Assembly (NCBI GenBank): GCA_036172245.1
Contig: JAYWIR010000005.1
Span: forward strand, 1,302,001-1,366,000
From: Raillietiella orientalis
Lineage: Eukaryota
DNA length: 64,000 nucleotides
Direction: 5' to 3'
In this document: in pieces, positions 51,401-63,400 of the stretch
Numbering within the stretch: position 1 is the stretch's first letter
Layout: the number at the start of each line of letters is the position of its first letter
The notes under the pieces: generated by a model
Database searches by the model: none
What the model saw: only the letters and a program-made list of their open reading frames with translations
What the model was told of the DNA's origin: nothing
Position numbers and translations under genes: made by a program

Positions 51401-54400
51401 AGCGTGGCCCCGGCAACCGCACTGGGAAGATTCTCTTCCCGTGGAACGTGGGATGCAGAATGTGCTTATCGGTCGTGAGGGTGTCGCGTTGCGGTTTTCT
51501 CGCCACCTTGGCGCTGGCCCGCTATTCTTCCCCATCCGCGTCCCCACCTTCGTGCTTGGAAATTGCAACACACCTACGAGGAACTGCTCCACGAAGTTCT
51601 TCTCCTTCCGTTCCTCTCGTTTCACTAGCTCCCCTGCTTTCTTCTGTATCCCTCCCCTTTTTCCATCGGTCTGTTAGCTCTTCGGCTTATTCCTATTCTT
51701 ACTTCGTGCACCTTCTACTTCTATTCTTCGATTCTCTATTTTTATTTCTCTCTCATTTGTTCGTCCACTTAATTCTCCCACTGCTGCTGCTCTCCTGAAA
51801 ATGCCACTCGTCCTTTGATCCCCTATTATTGTTTTTATGTTCATTCGCCCTGTACTTGCTACCTCATCCTCCAAATCAAGGGTTCCCTTTCCGTGTCGGG
51901 CGCTTGTGCACACGAACAAACCCTGGAGTGGATCACAAATTACCAGCTCGTCTCCTCTAAATGATCGCACGCATTGTATCGTGTTATCTGGGTGGCGACG
52001 CACACTCGTGCGCCATGTTCGCACTTTCGTTGCAGCTGGGATGCTGGCTTCCCTTCCGGAAAACGACCACTTTACGCAGCATGACTCCCGTCGCACAAGG
52101 AGAGGTTTGGCAGCGAAGAGGCTTCTTTTGCCGTGGGGAGCGCAGTGCCATCTTTTGTATATGGCCTGTAAATGCATGCCAGCATTCGTACCTTCGCAAA
52201 GGCAACCATCTCACCCGAGCGTGTACGAGTGAATGGATCGCAGGCACGTGTTCCCTGGAGATCCGGAAACGGCGCGGAAAACAGGCAATCGGGGTGAATG
52301 CGAACCTTGGTGCGCTCGTACCCCGCGAGATGTCAGCTGGATGGAGATGCTGGAAAGAGGAGGGAAGATGGGAAGCTCAGCAGCTGCACACCGAAGTCGA
52401 TTGAACGTTCCTGTTTGCAGGAACGGCACGCTGCGAAAATGCTTCCTCCCACCTGAAACGAAGCGGCCCATAGGTCTGGCACCCCCTACAGGTGGTCTCC
52501 TCGACGCTATCGCAATGTCATCGCAATTCCTTGCAGTTCAGGTCAACTGGGTTGGAGAAACTGAGCTTACGGCATTGTTTTTTTTTTTTTTGGCCCGTTT
52601 TTCGTTTCGAGGTTCCTCGGCGAGATCCGAGGTTGCTGAAGCGTGCGGAGGCGTGGAGTTATCGCCGTTTCCGCTTCGTCGGTAGCGACGCGTGTTGGCA
52701 TCCGTACGTGTTCGTGAGGGCCGCCGACAAGCCCGGGAAGCCGGCGCGCGCCCTGCAGCGTCGGGTGCCTCTGCGCTAGGTCTTCCGCAGCAGCCCCTCC
52801 GCGTGGGCCCCATCTTCGCACCACGCCCGCGATACTGCCAACCACCGTCCTCTCCCTGGTCTCCTACCGTGAGGTCGCCGCCCGCCCTCATGTACCGCGT
52901 CGCAGAGACGGGAAAATCTTCCTGTCGGGGAACCTGACAGCTCCTCCCCCCATCGATCTTCCCACCACAATGGAGGCTGCTGCTCTTTCCGGGGTCGGCA
53001 CGCTTTTGTTCGACCCGCTCTTTGTCAGCAGAAGCGGAGAGAGACGTCTCCATTGTTCTTCACCGCGGTTATCAGAAGTGTCCGAATGTCCGCTAAGCGT
53101 CGAGGCGATGGGTCGTCGGATTGCGGAAGGAGAGAGAGACAAAGTCCGGGGGTGCCATCCTCATTCGGGTGCTCACGGCGCGCCGCGAACGCCGTGTTCT
53201 CAGGTCAGGCAGCGCGGTGGCACCGCCTCCAGAAGCGCGAATGGAGAGTCTCGCAGTTTACAACCGGGACGTGGCTCCCCCGCCTCCGTCTTCCCGGGCT
53301 GCTCTCCGCGGGGAACGCAGTAACCGTCCCTGGATCTGGAAGTCGCCGTTCCGTTGGATGCTCCTGGAGTTACCGCCCTCCAGCGCGAAGCGGTCGCCTT
53401 TGCCTTCGCCTCGCGCAGGCAAGGAGGGAGGAGTGCGAGCGGACCCTCGCGTCGGACCATCCCAGGCGCTTCTTCCGGAGGGGCTGCCGGAGCTCGTCCT
53501 AACCCCCTCGAGCTGGAGACGCCCCCCTGCCGATCGACAGCGGGGCGCCTGCCGGGGATGCGCTCGCGAAGGCGCTCTTCTCCCTTCCGTTCGCCAGGTT
53601 CGTCCTACTGCCCGGGTGGTGTGCGGAGAGGAGGAAGGTGTGGGACACCAGGACACGGGATCACTCGCGCAAGCTAACCAACCCCAAGTAACCCCTCGGC
53701 AACAAGCGAAATCCGCCCTAGGGAAGGATCGTGAAGAATGCGAACCGCGACTGCAGAGAATCTGGCCGGGAATGAAGGCGCCATCCGAGAGATTTTTCGC
53801 TCCCTGAGGCGGGACTCAGGGACTTGCAGCCGGAAAGGTCCGCCTTGCCGCCTCCCCATTGGAAGAGATTTTTCACCCCCTCCCCCCTTTCTGCGTGTGA
53901 CCGGAAGGGTCAGGTGCGTCTTGCAGTCCTTCTGAGGTCTTCGGGGTTCTTCAGTAGTGCTCTGAAGTGTTTCTTGTTGTGGAAGACCTGCTTTCTTACA
54001 CACTGCCTCTTCTTCTCCGATGCTGTCGGCAGGGGCCTTCCAGCCCTTCGAGGGCAGGCGGTGGTCCGTGGTGCTTCCCTCAGGGAGGTTTTAAGCCATC
54101 GATTCCTTGAAGATGTCTCGATGGTTCGGGCTGAGGTTGTAATGGAGGGGGGGGGGGGAAGGGGGGCAAAGCTCTCGCCCTCATTTCGTCGTCGTGGTCA
54201 CATCCGGAGGCCGCTCGCGGTCACCCTGATCCCGATGGTTTCACTTTCCGCTCCCTCCTCTCTTTTTCGACCCGCATGCTTCCGGGCTGCTGCACGGGCG
54301 GATCCCAGACGGTCGAAGAGTGGGTTTCGCAGCTCCCGCGAGTTGCACTCGACGAGGCCGCTCCTCTGCCTGGAGCGCGGTAGTGAAACGATGGCTTCGA

Positions 54401-57400
54401 AGGGACGCGAAAGGACGAGAGGGTGAACCGCGTTCCTGGAATGCGGGGGCGGAGAGCAGGTCAGAGGAGGGACGGAGACAGGCCTCTCCGGCCAAGCAGG
54501 CGTGGGGAGGGGGTCACGTCCTTGTGAGCTCTCACGAGAAGGGGGGAAGAGGTTGACCTTCCCTCTGCGAGCTGCCTCGCGGTGGTGGCGCTGGTAACCC
54601 GAATGGTTCGGAGCCATCCGCAAGAGATGGAGTGCTGCGGCGCTTCCCCAGCGTGCGCTGCGCAGCTGCGCTCTCACCGACCACCGTCCTCTCTCTGCAG
54701 AACAATGCCCGGAGGGCCACTTGGAGTGCGACATCAGCAAGTGCATCCCTCTGAGCAAAGTCTGCGACAACTTCCCAGATTGCCAGGACGGGACCGACGA
54801 GGAAGACTGCAGAGAATCCAGCCTCACCGCAGGTAGGTGCTGACTCCCCACTCAGCCCCTCCTTCCTGGGGGACCACTCCGCTTTCGCCCGTGGAAGAGT
54901 TCTCGGAGAAGAGGGTTGGCTCCGAAGCGCCGGCACGCGGCAAGGGAGATGGCGGTGGCATCATGCTTGGTCGGCTCCCTCTCCAGGCCGTTCTTCAGGC
55001 GCTCCCGCGCTGGGCGGCTGGTGCCTGCACGGTTTTCCTCGGAGCCGCTTCCCCAGCTCATCCTCCGTCCCTCGGGGAATTCGGTGCCTAGGAAAGAATC
55101 GGACTGGACTCCCGTCTCCTCCTATCCGCCAAGACGGGAGAGGGGGAGGAGCAAGGGTGCGCTGTGGTTACTCGTCCCATCTATAGGGCCAGCCGTCCCT
55201 CCGTCTTCACGGGGTCCGAGCCCCGCGGAGTCCTCTGCAGGTCCACATGACGAAATCTCGTTGCCTTCCACCTCTTATCTCTCTGTCGCCTTCCCTCACT
55301 CTCACCACGCGTGTACAAGCTCTATGTCTCTTCTCGAACAGGACTTCGAGGCATCTCGTCTGCCTCAGTCCCTTTCGGTACTTCTGGAGTTCTTCGTTCT
55401 TTAGTGGCGCTCTGCAATTCCGCAGACTTCCACAGTCGTCCTGCAGTCTTCTACAGTCGTGCGCGGGCGCGGCTCCCCTTCTCCCCCCGTTGCCGGGGAA
55501 ACCCAGCAGCAGTGATCGTGGTCTGTGGATCGGTATCTTTTTGGCGTCACAGACCCCGCGAGCGCTTCCGTGGACGCTCCATCTTTCTTATCGGGCGCGT
55601 ACCGCGGCGCCATCCAGGGTTATCGTGCATCCCCCCTGTTTCCGAATACCCCATTAGCAGCGATCTCTGCCCTCCCCTCCCCCATTTGTCTCCCCCTCAC
55701 TGCCTGCGCGCCCCTCCGCCAGGTGGCCAATCGCTCTGCACCCTCCGCGTCGAGAGACCCGCGGGCATCTCGGGCCGACTGCCATCCCTGGAGTGCGGGA
55801 CCTCCCCCTAATCTGGATTTATCGGTGTGGCAGCTGAGCGTCACGGCCCATTTGCAGCGTCGCATCTCCCGGGCGATTCCCGAGATAAACCCCCGCACCG
55901 AGGATCCCGGAAACGTCGATGTCCCATCTCGGGAGTCCTTTCATCGGAACAGGAGGAAGCCGCGGTGCCAGCGGAGAAGGAACTCAGGTCGCCGGCTTTC
56001 TCGCGGCACCCTCTATCTTCTGAGCAGTCGATGGCGGAGCTCCGGAGGCGGGTTGGGGTCGTCCAAGCCCTCGTGGAGGATGCGCCCTCTTCCGATCCGG
56101 AGGCACCACGGCTGTGGGTTTCCCTGGCCAAGGGGGTCGCCCGCCGTCGGGTGTCGAAGCGGGCAGAACGCCCTTTCCGGTCTCCGCGGGAAGAGGTCGC
56201 GTCGTCGAGCGCCCAGGGAGGACGGCGCGACCTTCGCCGTCGTCCGGCCCCGTGACGGTGGGTTAGCTCCTCCGGAGCACCAACGCCCTCGAGCCGGCCT
56301 CGCCCTCGCCAGGGGCCTCTGGGTTCGGAGACCGCTCACTCGCCAGTGGGAGGATGGTCGCACGCTAGCTCAAGTCCGCGGCCCCTGCCTCTCGCGTCCG
56401 TTCGTCTCCAGGACCTCCGAGGAGGTCGCTCCTGTCGGTCTCGAGAAAACCCTCGGTGCCGCGAAGCTGCCCGAAGACTACTCTGGCCCGTCCCACCCCG
56501 CGCTGGCGTTCCCTTGGAAATGCGGCCGCAACTTCCATACGACCAACCCGGAAAAAGTCACGCGCTCGCGGGAGGGAAGGGGGGGAGAGGGAAGGGACCG
56601 TTTCCATGGCGCGGCGCGTCTTCCAAGGGGTCCCTCCCTCTCTTTTCGTGCCGCATCGCATGGGGTCCGCGACGTGTCGTGCGGGGCCGGGAGAGTTCAT
56701 CCGCTCGGGGAGCTGCGGCGCCTCCTGTTCGCGCTTAGCGGGCGAGGGGAGGTCCTCGAGAGTCAAGGAGGGTCTACCCCTCTCGCCACTCACTCCATCC
56801 CCCACCCCCGATCCTTGCAGCTCCGGAGGCGCCGTGCCAGGACCGAGACTTTCGCTGCGTGGACAGCAGCCGCTGCGTCCCGGAGTCGTCCGTGTGCGAC
56901 GGCGCCCGCGACTGCCCCGATGGCTCCGACGAGGAGAACTGCGGTGAGTCGCCGCCCCCCTGTCCGCCAGGCCCTCACCCAGGGGCCGTCTGCCCCCCCC
57001 CCTTCTGCAGTGGAGAGAGCCCTATGCGCCAGGGAACAGTTCCAGTGCTCTGACGGCATCTGCCTCAACCTGACCCGGAGGTGTGACGGGGTCGCCGACT
57101 GCGCCGATGGCTCCGACGAACACAACTGCGGTGAGTCTCGCTCCGTTCGAAGGCCTTCGTGCCCGTGGGTGGGGACAGATGGCATATCGGGATGGACCCA
57201 TCGTCTTTCTCCTCCTCTTCCTTGTCATCATCTCTTCCTCCTCCCCGGGCCCGCGACTTTCAATGCAGGGACGGGGAGACCGCGTTCACTTGTGGCTGTC
57301 ACTCGACGGCATCCCCGACTGCGGCGACGAGAGAGATGAGCAACGATGCGGTAAGTCCGTTCCCCGGAGTTCCCAATCTCCCTCTGCTGGACCTCTGCGC

Positions 57401-60400
57401 TGCCGTCTTGGACCCCTGGGGGTGCCCGCTGTTCCCTCCCCATCCGGGGAGGGGGACCCTTCGGGGGCACGGGATCAGTGCGGTAAGGGAGAGCGGAAGG
57501 AAGGGAAGGGTGATCGCCCCCCTTCCATAGGAACCTCCTCCTCTTCTCCTACTCCTTCCGATTCCCGGAAATTCCCGCAAAGGGTCTGCCCGGTCTCAGA
57601 CGGCGTCGATTTTTCGGGGGAGGGGGAGGACAACTGGGCACCTTCCCGCCCTCGTACCAGTGACCGGCGAGCGGGGGTGAGGTTGATGCACTGCGGTCTC
57701 TCCTCCTGCCCGCGTCGGAGGCTTTGTGGTTAAGGCTTCCGCGCGTGGCACCATGCGTCGCGAGTTCGAATACTTCGGCAGATAACTTGACGCCATTGCG
57801 TCGTTTGGGTTCCGAGTTTCTCCTGCAACGGCGCCGGTTGGCCGAGACATTCGGGCGTGGCCCCGGCGGTGGATGAAGCCGGAGGCCTCCCGATGAAGGC
57901 CGGAACAATGGGAGTCGACCTTCGGGTCCTCCCAGGAATAAAGGAGTGGGGAGTTCCCCCTCCTGTGTGCAAGGGAGAGTGGACCCCCGTCACCGGGGGG
58001 ACCGCCTCCGGTTTCAAGATGGAGTAGGAGCCCTCACGGGGACCTCTCCAGTCGTTCAAAGGAACGGACCCCCCTGTTGGGGGTCCCTCCGAGTCGTCGC
58101 CTCTTCACAGAGTGTGTACAAAGGAAAGAAGCTAAGCGAGAGCGATTCCCTGCTGGAAGCTGCAGCGCCCCTTCTGAGTTTCGGAAGCACCCCTGTGGGG
58201 GTTGTCTTCAGAGGAGTGAATAAAGGAGCGGTTCCCTTGCGGGTTCCCTCCGGAGAAGAAATTCCTAGAAGCGGATCCTTTCCGGGTTCCCTTCGGAGAA
58301 GTTGAAATGGAGAGGACCACCACCCCGCAAGGGGGGGTGTCCCTCCGGAGAGAATGAGGAAGGAGAGATTCCCTTCGGGTTCCCCTTCGGAGACAACCAG
58401 GGTGGGAGGTGAGATCCCCCCCGTCCGGGGGGATCCCTCCCCAAGCGTGAGAGGAACGGACTCCGAGCCCTTCCTGGATTCAATAGGGCGGACCCCATCC
58501 CGGGGTGCCCCCTATACTGAAGAATATTACACTGAAGAATTACACGCCCCCCCCTGCGGGTTGCCGCGGACAGACGTGGAAACAAAACAATGTGTTAATG
58601 TTCAAAAAGAGCCACGCGCGCCGCGAGGCACGCGACCGGCTCTGAGGTACTTAGCGGTCTCTCCTCCTGGAGCCTCCAGACCTCTTTCCCGGTGACGTCC
58701 CCCTCGGCTGCCCGGGTCGCGAGGACACCTCGTCCTGCTGGTCGAAGTCTCCTACCTCCTTCCGGGAAGAAGCCACAGATCCCGCCGCTTCTCAAAATGT
58801 CCCTTCCTCCCTCCACCCCACTATCGCTACGTCCTTTTCCTTCCCTTTCCCCTTTCCCGTCTTCCTTTCCCTGCCACCCCTACCCTCTTCTCCCTGCTTC
58901 CGCCGGTAGAGGACACACGCTTGCCGTTTGGCCACTTGGAGGCTTTCTCTGCCCTCCGGGGCGGGGAGGTTGGGTCGTCAGGGTGGGAGAGTGTCAGGGG
59001 TGAGAAGGTCGGCCCTGTCGGGGGTCTCTGTGAGGCTCGACAGCCTCTACACCTCTTTTTCTCCCCAGATGACGGTGTCCGGTGCCGCGAGGGCTACTTC
59101 CAGTGCTCGAGGACTCAGTGTGTGCCCCTGGACCGGCGTTGCGACGGCTCCCTGGACTGCTCTGCAGGGGAGGACGAGAGGAACTGCCGTAAGCAGGCTG
59201 GGCGGGTGGGGTGGGGTGGGGTGGGGTGGGGTAGGGAGGAAGGGCCGCCTTGCCGTCCCCGTGATTTTGCCAAGAGGAGGAGATCGCCCCACGAGCAGAG
59301 TCGCCTTCCCCCCTCTCCTTGCGTGCGATAGCACCCTCTTCCGTTCGGTCGCCAGGGACGACGCCGGGGTGGGTATGGGGCGCCCGCCCCCCTCGAAAAG
59401 AGTCAATCGTGTTGGTTTCCGTCGCGGGACGCTCCGGCGGCGGTGTCAACTGGCCATTGCAGCTGCCCCTGAGACACCTTCCACGAGGGTGGCAGAGCGG
59501 GTCACAGTGCCTATACGCTCTACCCTCGGGACCACCTGCGGCGGTTCGGGGATGACGGGCAGAAACTGCGTGGGCGGATCGAATCGCGAGCCCAGCTCGG
59601 CAGGACGTTCCCCGGCGAGAGCAAGGACGAGATGAGAAGGGGGTGGGGATCTTGGGACGGAGGGGAGAAGGGTGAGGCAGCCGAGTCACCGCGTTGCTTC
59701 CTTCGCGTCCGGCCCTGTGGCGCCTGCCTGCGCCCGCTTCCTGACGAACGGCCTTCCTTCGGCTCCTGATCGCCGCCGCGCATCGCCTAGCAGCAGGCGG
59801 GCGCACCTAGGAGCGCAGGGCCTGCAGCTTCTCTTCAGGCGCGCCCTGGCGCACTCCCTTCCTTGCCACCGGGTTATGCCCGCGGGCTTGGCTGTTTGCA
59901 GGCGGCACGTCCGCGTCCGACGAAGAGCGCTGGAAATGGCGGCGCGCGCGCGCGCGAGAGCGCCATCCAGCACCATCTAGCGATTTTCCTACGAACTCTC
60001 CGTGCATCGCTGTTGGCAGGTTTTCCCCGAGTTCGAAGCGTCCCTCTGCGGAAGGCGCCCTACGCGGTGGAGAAAGCAACCCGCATGCCCGTCGCTTGAA
60101 TTGAGCGCTGCCGGGAACCAGGATCGGACCCGGCACACTTTTCTCGGGAACCGCACGCGTCCCTCGCGTGTTTTTTGGCAGCCGTATGTTGGCGCTTTAC
60201 GCGCGTCTCTGGTTGAGTGCGTGCTTCTTCTTCCTTCTCCTCGTCGAGCTACCCCTACGGAACGTTCGGGGTTCCCTCCCGGTCCTTGCTTGAGGGGCGC
60301 TTGTCTTCCAGCGCCGTCGGCATGCCGCTTTTCCGAGTTCACCTGCCGCAGCGGCCAGTGCATCGACAAGAGCATGAAATGCGATGGCTTCCTGGACTGC

Positions 60401-63400
60401 CTTGACGGTTCGGACGAGATCGGCTGCGGTAAGTGGGCGCGGAGGCGAAACTAGGCCGTACCCCATGCTGACGGAGTAAGGGGGGCTGTCGTTCCTCGGA
60501 CTAGACTGCCGCAGCCACGAGTTCCGCTGTGACGTGGGCCAGTGCATCTCCCAGGAGCTGCGCTGCAACGGCATCACCGACTGCATCGACTCTTCCGACG
60601 AGCGCGGATGCGGTAAGTGCCTCCCGCTCGCTAGAGCCGGCTTCGCCTCCCCACTCAGTCTCTCGCATCCTCCATCTGCAGTCGCGATCCAATCGGCTTA
60701 TCAGTCCGACCCCCGTTGCCTCCCTGGGCAGTTCTCATGCCTCAGCGGGGCGTGCGTGGATGCTGCGCTCGTGTGTGATAACTATTACGATTGCGACGAT
60801 TTCAGCGACGAGCAGAACTGCTTCGGTATTCGGTGTTCTTGCACAGGGTTGCCTGCTCTTTTCTGTGGCACCGCTCTTTGCCCGCCATGATCTTGGGGTT
60901 GTAGTAGTCTTTGTAGTAGTCCTCATTCCTTGCTGTTGTTCTTCTTGCTGCTAATCTTCTCTTTCCTGCCACTGTTGCTGTTCTTCTTGCTGGTGCTCGT
61001 GTTGCTGTTGTTCCTCTTGCTACTAAGCTTCTCCTTACCGGTGTTTTTTATTGTTCTTCTTGTTGTTTTTCGTGGTTCGCTTCTTATTGTTGGTGTTGCA
61101 CTTGTTGTTGCTGTTTTGTGGAAACGGAACCTCCCTCTACTTTTTTGCCCACCTTTCGATCCTTCCACCACTCGCCTGCTCCCTTCAAGATCACCATTCT
61201 TGGAGGTGTACAGCTCGCTGCTGCTGTGGTACTCGAGCTCCCCTTCCTCCTCACCGTGTGCTTCCTCTATGCTGACCCATTCGCCCTTGTTGGATGGCCA
61301 GTGCTCCTGTGGCGGTGGCGACTGGTGGCGACTGTCATTGCCCGGAGACCAAACGGACCTCCTCCTTTCCTCCCCCTGCCCTCGCCCTCTCTCTTGTAGT
61401 TTGCCCTTCGGGTGCTCCTCGTCCATCCTCTCTCCCTGCTCCTGCTTCCTTCTTCTTCCCTTCCTAACGCGGGCGTTCTTTTCCCAAGATTGCCTCGCCG
61501 GACAGTTCCGCTGCCACACCGGAAGCTGCATCTCGCTCAGCAGCCGATGCGACGGGAAGATCGACTGCCCAGATTACAGCGACGAGCAAGGATGCGGTAA
61601 GGGGCAGTCCACCGGATGGGGCATGCCGCCGCCGCCACCGCCCACCGCCATCCCCGACTGTCCTCCCTTCTTCCAGCCTGCAGGAACAACGAGTTCCGCT
61701 GCGAGAGCACCGGTCTCTGCATACCGCTGTACAAGAAGTGCGACCGAGAGAGCGACTGCGACGACGGGAGCGATGAGAAGGACTGCGGTACGGGGAAGGG
61801 TGGTGGTCCCGTGCGAGCGAGCGGCTGCAACTCCGCCTTCATCCTTCCCCTCCGCCCCCTTTCCCCTCCCCCGGCTTACCCTCGCGCGCTTGCGACTTTG
61901 CAGAGATCCGATGCCGGCTGGAGGAGTTTGCCTGTGCCAACCGGAGGCAGTGCATCCCGCAGTCCCTTGTGTGCAACCAGAGGAACGACTGCTACGACTC
62001 CAGCGACGAGGTGGATTGCGGTAGGGAGAGCCACCTGGAAGGGTGGAACCATCCACGCTTACCGTTCCCCCTCCTCTCTTTCTCGTAACCTAGAAACCGA
62101 GGCGATTCGGCTGAAGACGTATCCTCCGGAGCAGAGCATCAAGCAGGGTGAGTCGTCGTCGTAACGTCTTTGTTTCCCCCCTCCTCCCCCCGTCCGGCCT
62201 TTCTCGCATTCCTCTTTTACTGACGGGTGTTTCTTTTCTTTGTGCTGGCAGTGGAGCCAGGTAAGCCTCCTTCTCCTCCTCCGCCTCCCCGTCTCCCGGG
62301 AGACGGTCCCCGACCCCAGCAAACCCACATCAACACGTTCCTCTTTCTCCCGAAAAGGTTCGGAGGTGGTCTTCCAGTGCAGGGACGAAGGCCAGCGTCA
62401 CCTTGCTGTGCGCTGGGTGAGGGCCAACAACCTTCCTTTCCCTCCGGACACAACGGACATACGGGGCAGGCTGACCATGTCCAACGTCCAGGTACGTGAC
62501 GCCCTGGGGGGGGAAATTTCCTTCCACCCAGACCCCCGGCGGTTCCGACCCTCACTCCTGCGACCTCCCTCTTCCAGCTCAGCCACAGCGGATACTACAC
62601 GTGCGAAGTGATCGGCGTGCCTTCGTCCACCCCCGGGGCCCGGGCGTCCGTGCTGCTGCACGTGGAGCAGCGTAAGAACCTAACCCCTCCCTGCGCATGC
62701 GTCCTTGGCTTTGCGTGACGGCGGCGGTCGGTGCGCTCCCAGCCAGTTTCTTCAGCGACCCCTCTTGCCGCGGTCCTCCGAGTGTCGTCGTCTCCGTCAC
62801 CCCTATCGATCATCCCTGCTGCCGAGGTTCTTTGAGTGACCATCATCTCCATCGCCTCTATCAACTTCTCCTGCCTCAGTCCTCCAAGTGACCTCCTCCC
62901 CCCCCCTCACGCCGTCTATTCCTCCCCCCCCCTTATCCTTAGAACACGTCGCGTCGTCATTCTTCCCGCTTCTCTTTTCTCCCCCCTGCTTGCGCCCCCC
63001 GTAACGACACCCTTCCCGAAGAAGAGATTCCCGCCGTTCCTTCGCCGCCACCCTCGAGGTGCGGCTACAACGAGGCCACATGCATGACTGGCGAGTGCAT
63101 TCCGAAGGGCCGCATCTGCGACGGCGAGAGGGACTGCTCCGACGGCAGCGACGAGATGGGCTGCGGAACGGGTAGGGAGGGTCGCCGCCTCCGGGTCTCT
63201 GACCTCCGTCTTCTCCCCCCCCCTTCCAGAGGCCGGCTGCCAGCCCAACGAGTTCCGCTGCGCCAACCGACGCTGCGTGCTGAAGACGTGGATGTGCGAC
63301 TCAGATGACGACTGCGGGGATGGCAGTGACGAGGCCGACTGCGGTGAGAAATTGCGCACCTGCGGTCTCTCAGGAAATGCCCCCTCGCCCCTCTCTCCCT

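Noticed and set aside
36619..51649. LTR retrotransposon bounded by the 0.5-kb direct repeats
   Set aside because: No TG..CA ends, PBS/PPT or gag-pol; the interval contains perlecan exons.
51960..52200. SWIM zinc-finger-like relic on the minus strand ([10 protein letters not shown])
   Set aside because: Too short and fragmented to support.
55525..57339. 604-aa ORF, the longest in the window
   Set aside because: Mostly intronic GC-rich read-through; only 57011-57130 is in a real coding frame.
60930..61488. Leu/Phe/Val-rich ORF start resembling a membrane protein (similar case at 48803-49054)
   Set aside because: Produced by intronic (CTT/GTT/GCT)n low-complexity tracts upstream of real exons.
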